From an uncultured Chitinophaga sp. (lineage in GTDB: Bacteria > Bacteroidota > Bacteroidia > UBA7662), in contig CAZNWC010000003.1 in the NCBI GenBank assembly GCA_964577055.1, positions 175,245-239,244 of the forward strand: a stretch of DNA of 64,000 nt, in the 5' to 3' direction. A model generated the notes under the pieces. It was not told the DNA's origin. It saw only the letters and a list, made by a program, of their open reading frames with translations, and searched no databases. Position 1 is the first letter of the stretch. The number at the start of each line of letters is the position of its first letter. The position numbers and the translations under genes are program-made. Of this stretch, positions 63,712-64,000 are shown one piece after another.

Positions 63712-64000
63712 ATGACCACCTTAATAGCCGCCACCGATTTTTCAGAAGGGGGCAACCATGCTGTTTTTTACGCTGCCGCTTTGGCGCATGCCGCCGGCGC
63801 CAAGCTGATGTTGGTACACGCCTACAAAGCCCAAAGCAGCGCCACTACTTTGTTCAAAGGAATTAACGAAGTGCTCGAGCAGGATGCAAAATCGGGCTTG
63901 GAGGGCTTAAAAGAAGCTGTTTTACAACAATACCCGCAACTCACCGTGGCTGTGCATGCGGCTTTTGGTGATGCGCCGGCCGTAGTAGCGCATTTGGTGA
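63712..64000 (+). CDS. universal stress protein (UspA family), 3'-truncated by window end
   Basis: MTTLIAATDFSEGGNHAVFYAAALAHAAGAKLMLVHAY... matches the Usp N-terminus. The ORF runs off the window end. Confidence 0.65.
   Translation, partial: MTTLIAATDFSEGGNHAVFYAAALAHAAGAKLMLVHAYKAQSSATTLFKGINEVLEQDAKSGLEGLKEAVLQQYPQLTVAVHAAFGDAPAVVAHLV

Noticed and set aside
1-64000. Search for tRNA, rRNA, CRISPR arrays, transposase/integrase genes
   Set aside because: No cloverleaf-capable ~75-nt candidates with a T-loop GTTCRANYC consensus turned up in the intergenic regions. No regularly spaced identical direct repeats (only two-copy repeats) were found. No DDE, tyrosine-recombinase or IS-type ORFs were found. 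The AT-rich island at 51300-52033 lacks flanking direct repeats.

Overview
This window looks like a Bacteroidetes-type chromosome, roughly 55-58% GC. The evidence is a giant cargo protein with a type IX secretion (T9SS/Por) C-terminal sorting domain, candidate TAnnTTTG -7 promoter motifs, and a dcw gene order without murF or ddl. Most of it is housekeeping. There is a 5'-truncated outer-membrane barrel gene, a lipoprotein cluster (TPR protein, LptC-like, GldE-like CBS hemolysin, PpiD-like PPIase), a lytic transglycosylase, uvrA, bcp, an M23 peptidase, a LOG-family protein, an SSF symporter, recR, an ArnT/PMT-like glycosyltransferase, and a GAF/PAS histidine kinase with an AraC-type response regulator. 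These are followed by lpdA and a complete, tightly coupled division/cell-wall cluster (mraZ-rsmH-ftsL-ftsI-murE-mraY-murD-ftsW-murG-murC-ftsQ-ftsA-ftsZ). Further on are metK with two or three coupled downstream hypothetical genes, a GH3-NagZ/beta-lactamase-fold fusion, a CBM9/DUF5916 outer-membrane protein, a RES-Xre toxin-antitoxin pair, YdeI, PaaI, queG coupled to a 2Fe-2S ferredoxin, an SPFH-RHH-bPH operon, an SDR and a truncated uspA. No rRNA, tRNA, CRISPR array or obvious transposase was found.

The parts not explained by ordinary annotation are listed below.
- A 570-bp duplicated, hairpin-dense noncoding block lies between the convergent ftsZ and TPR genes.
- Two distant intergenic regions share an element of about 60-70 bp ending in (AAAAGTTAA)2.
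- An AT-rich island of about 730 bp (roughly 35-40% GC) carries an orphan ORF next to the metK leader.
- The 150-nt metK leader has mutually exclusive GGTGGTAA/TTACCAC pairings, like a riboswitch expression platform.
- Three direct TGATAYM repeats with 11-bp phasing lie in the promoter of the SPFH-RHH operon.
- The 2369-aa T9SS protein has a lamin-tail domain and three copies of a ~120-aa domain.
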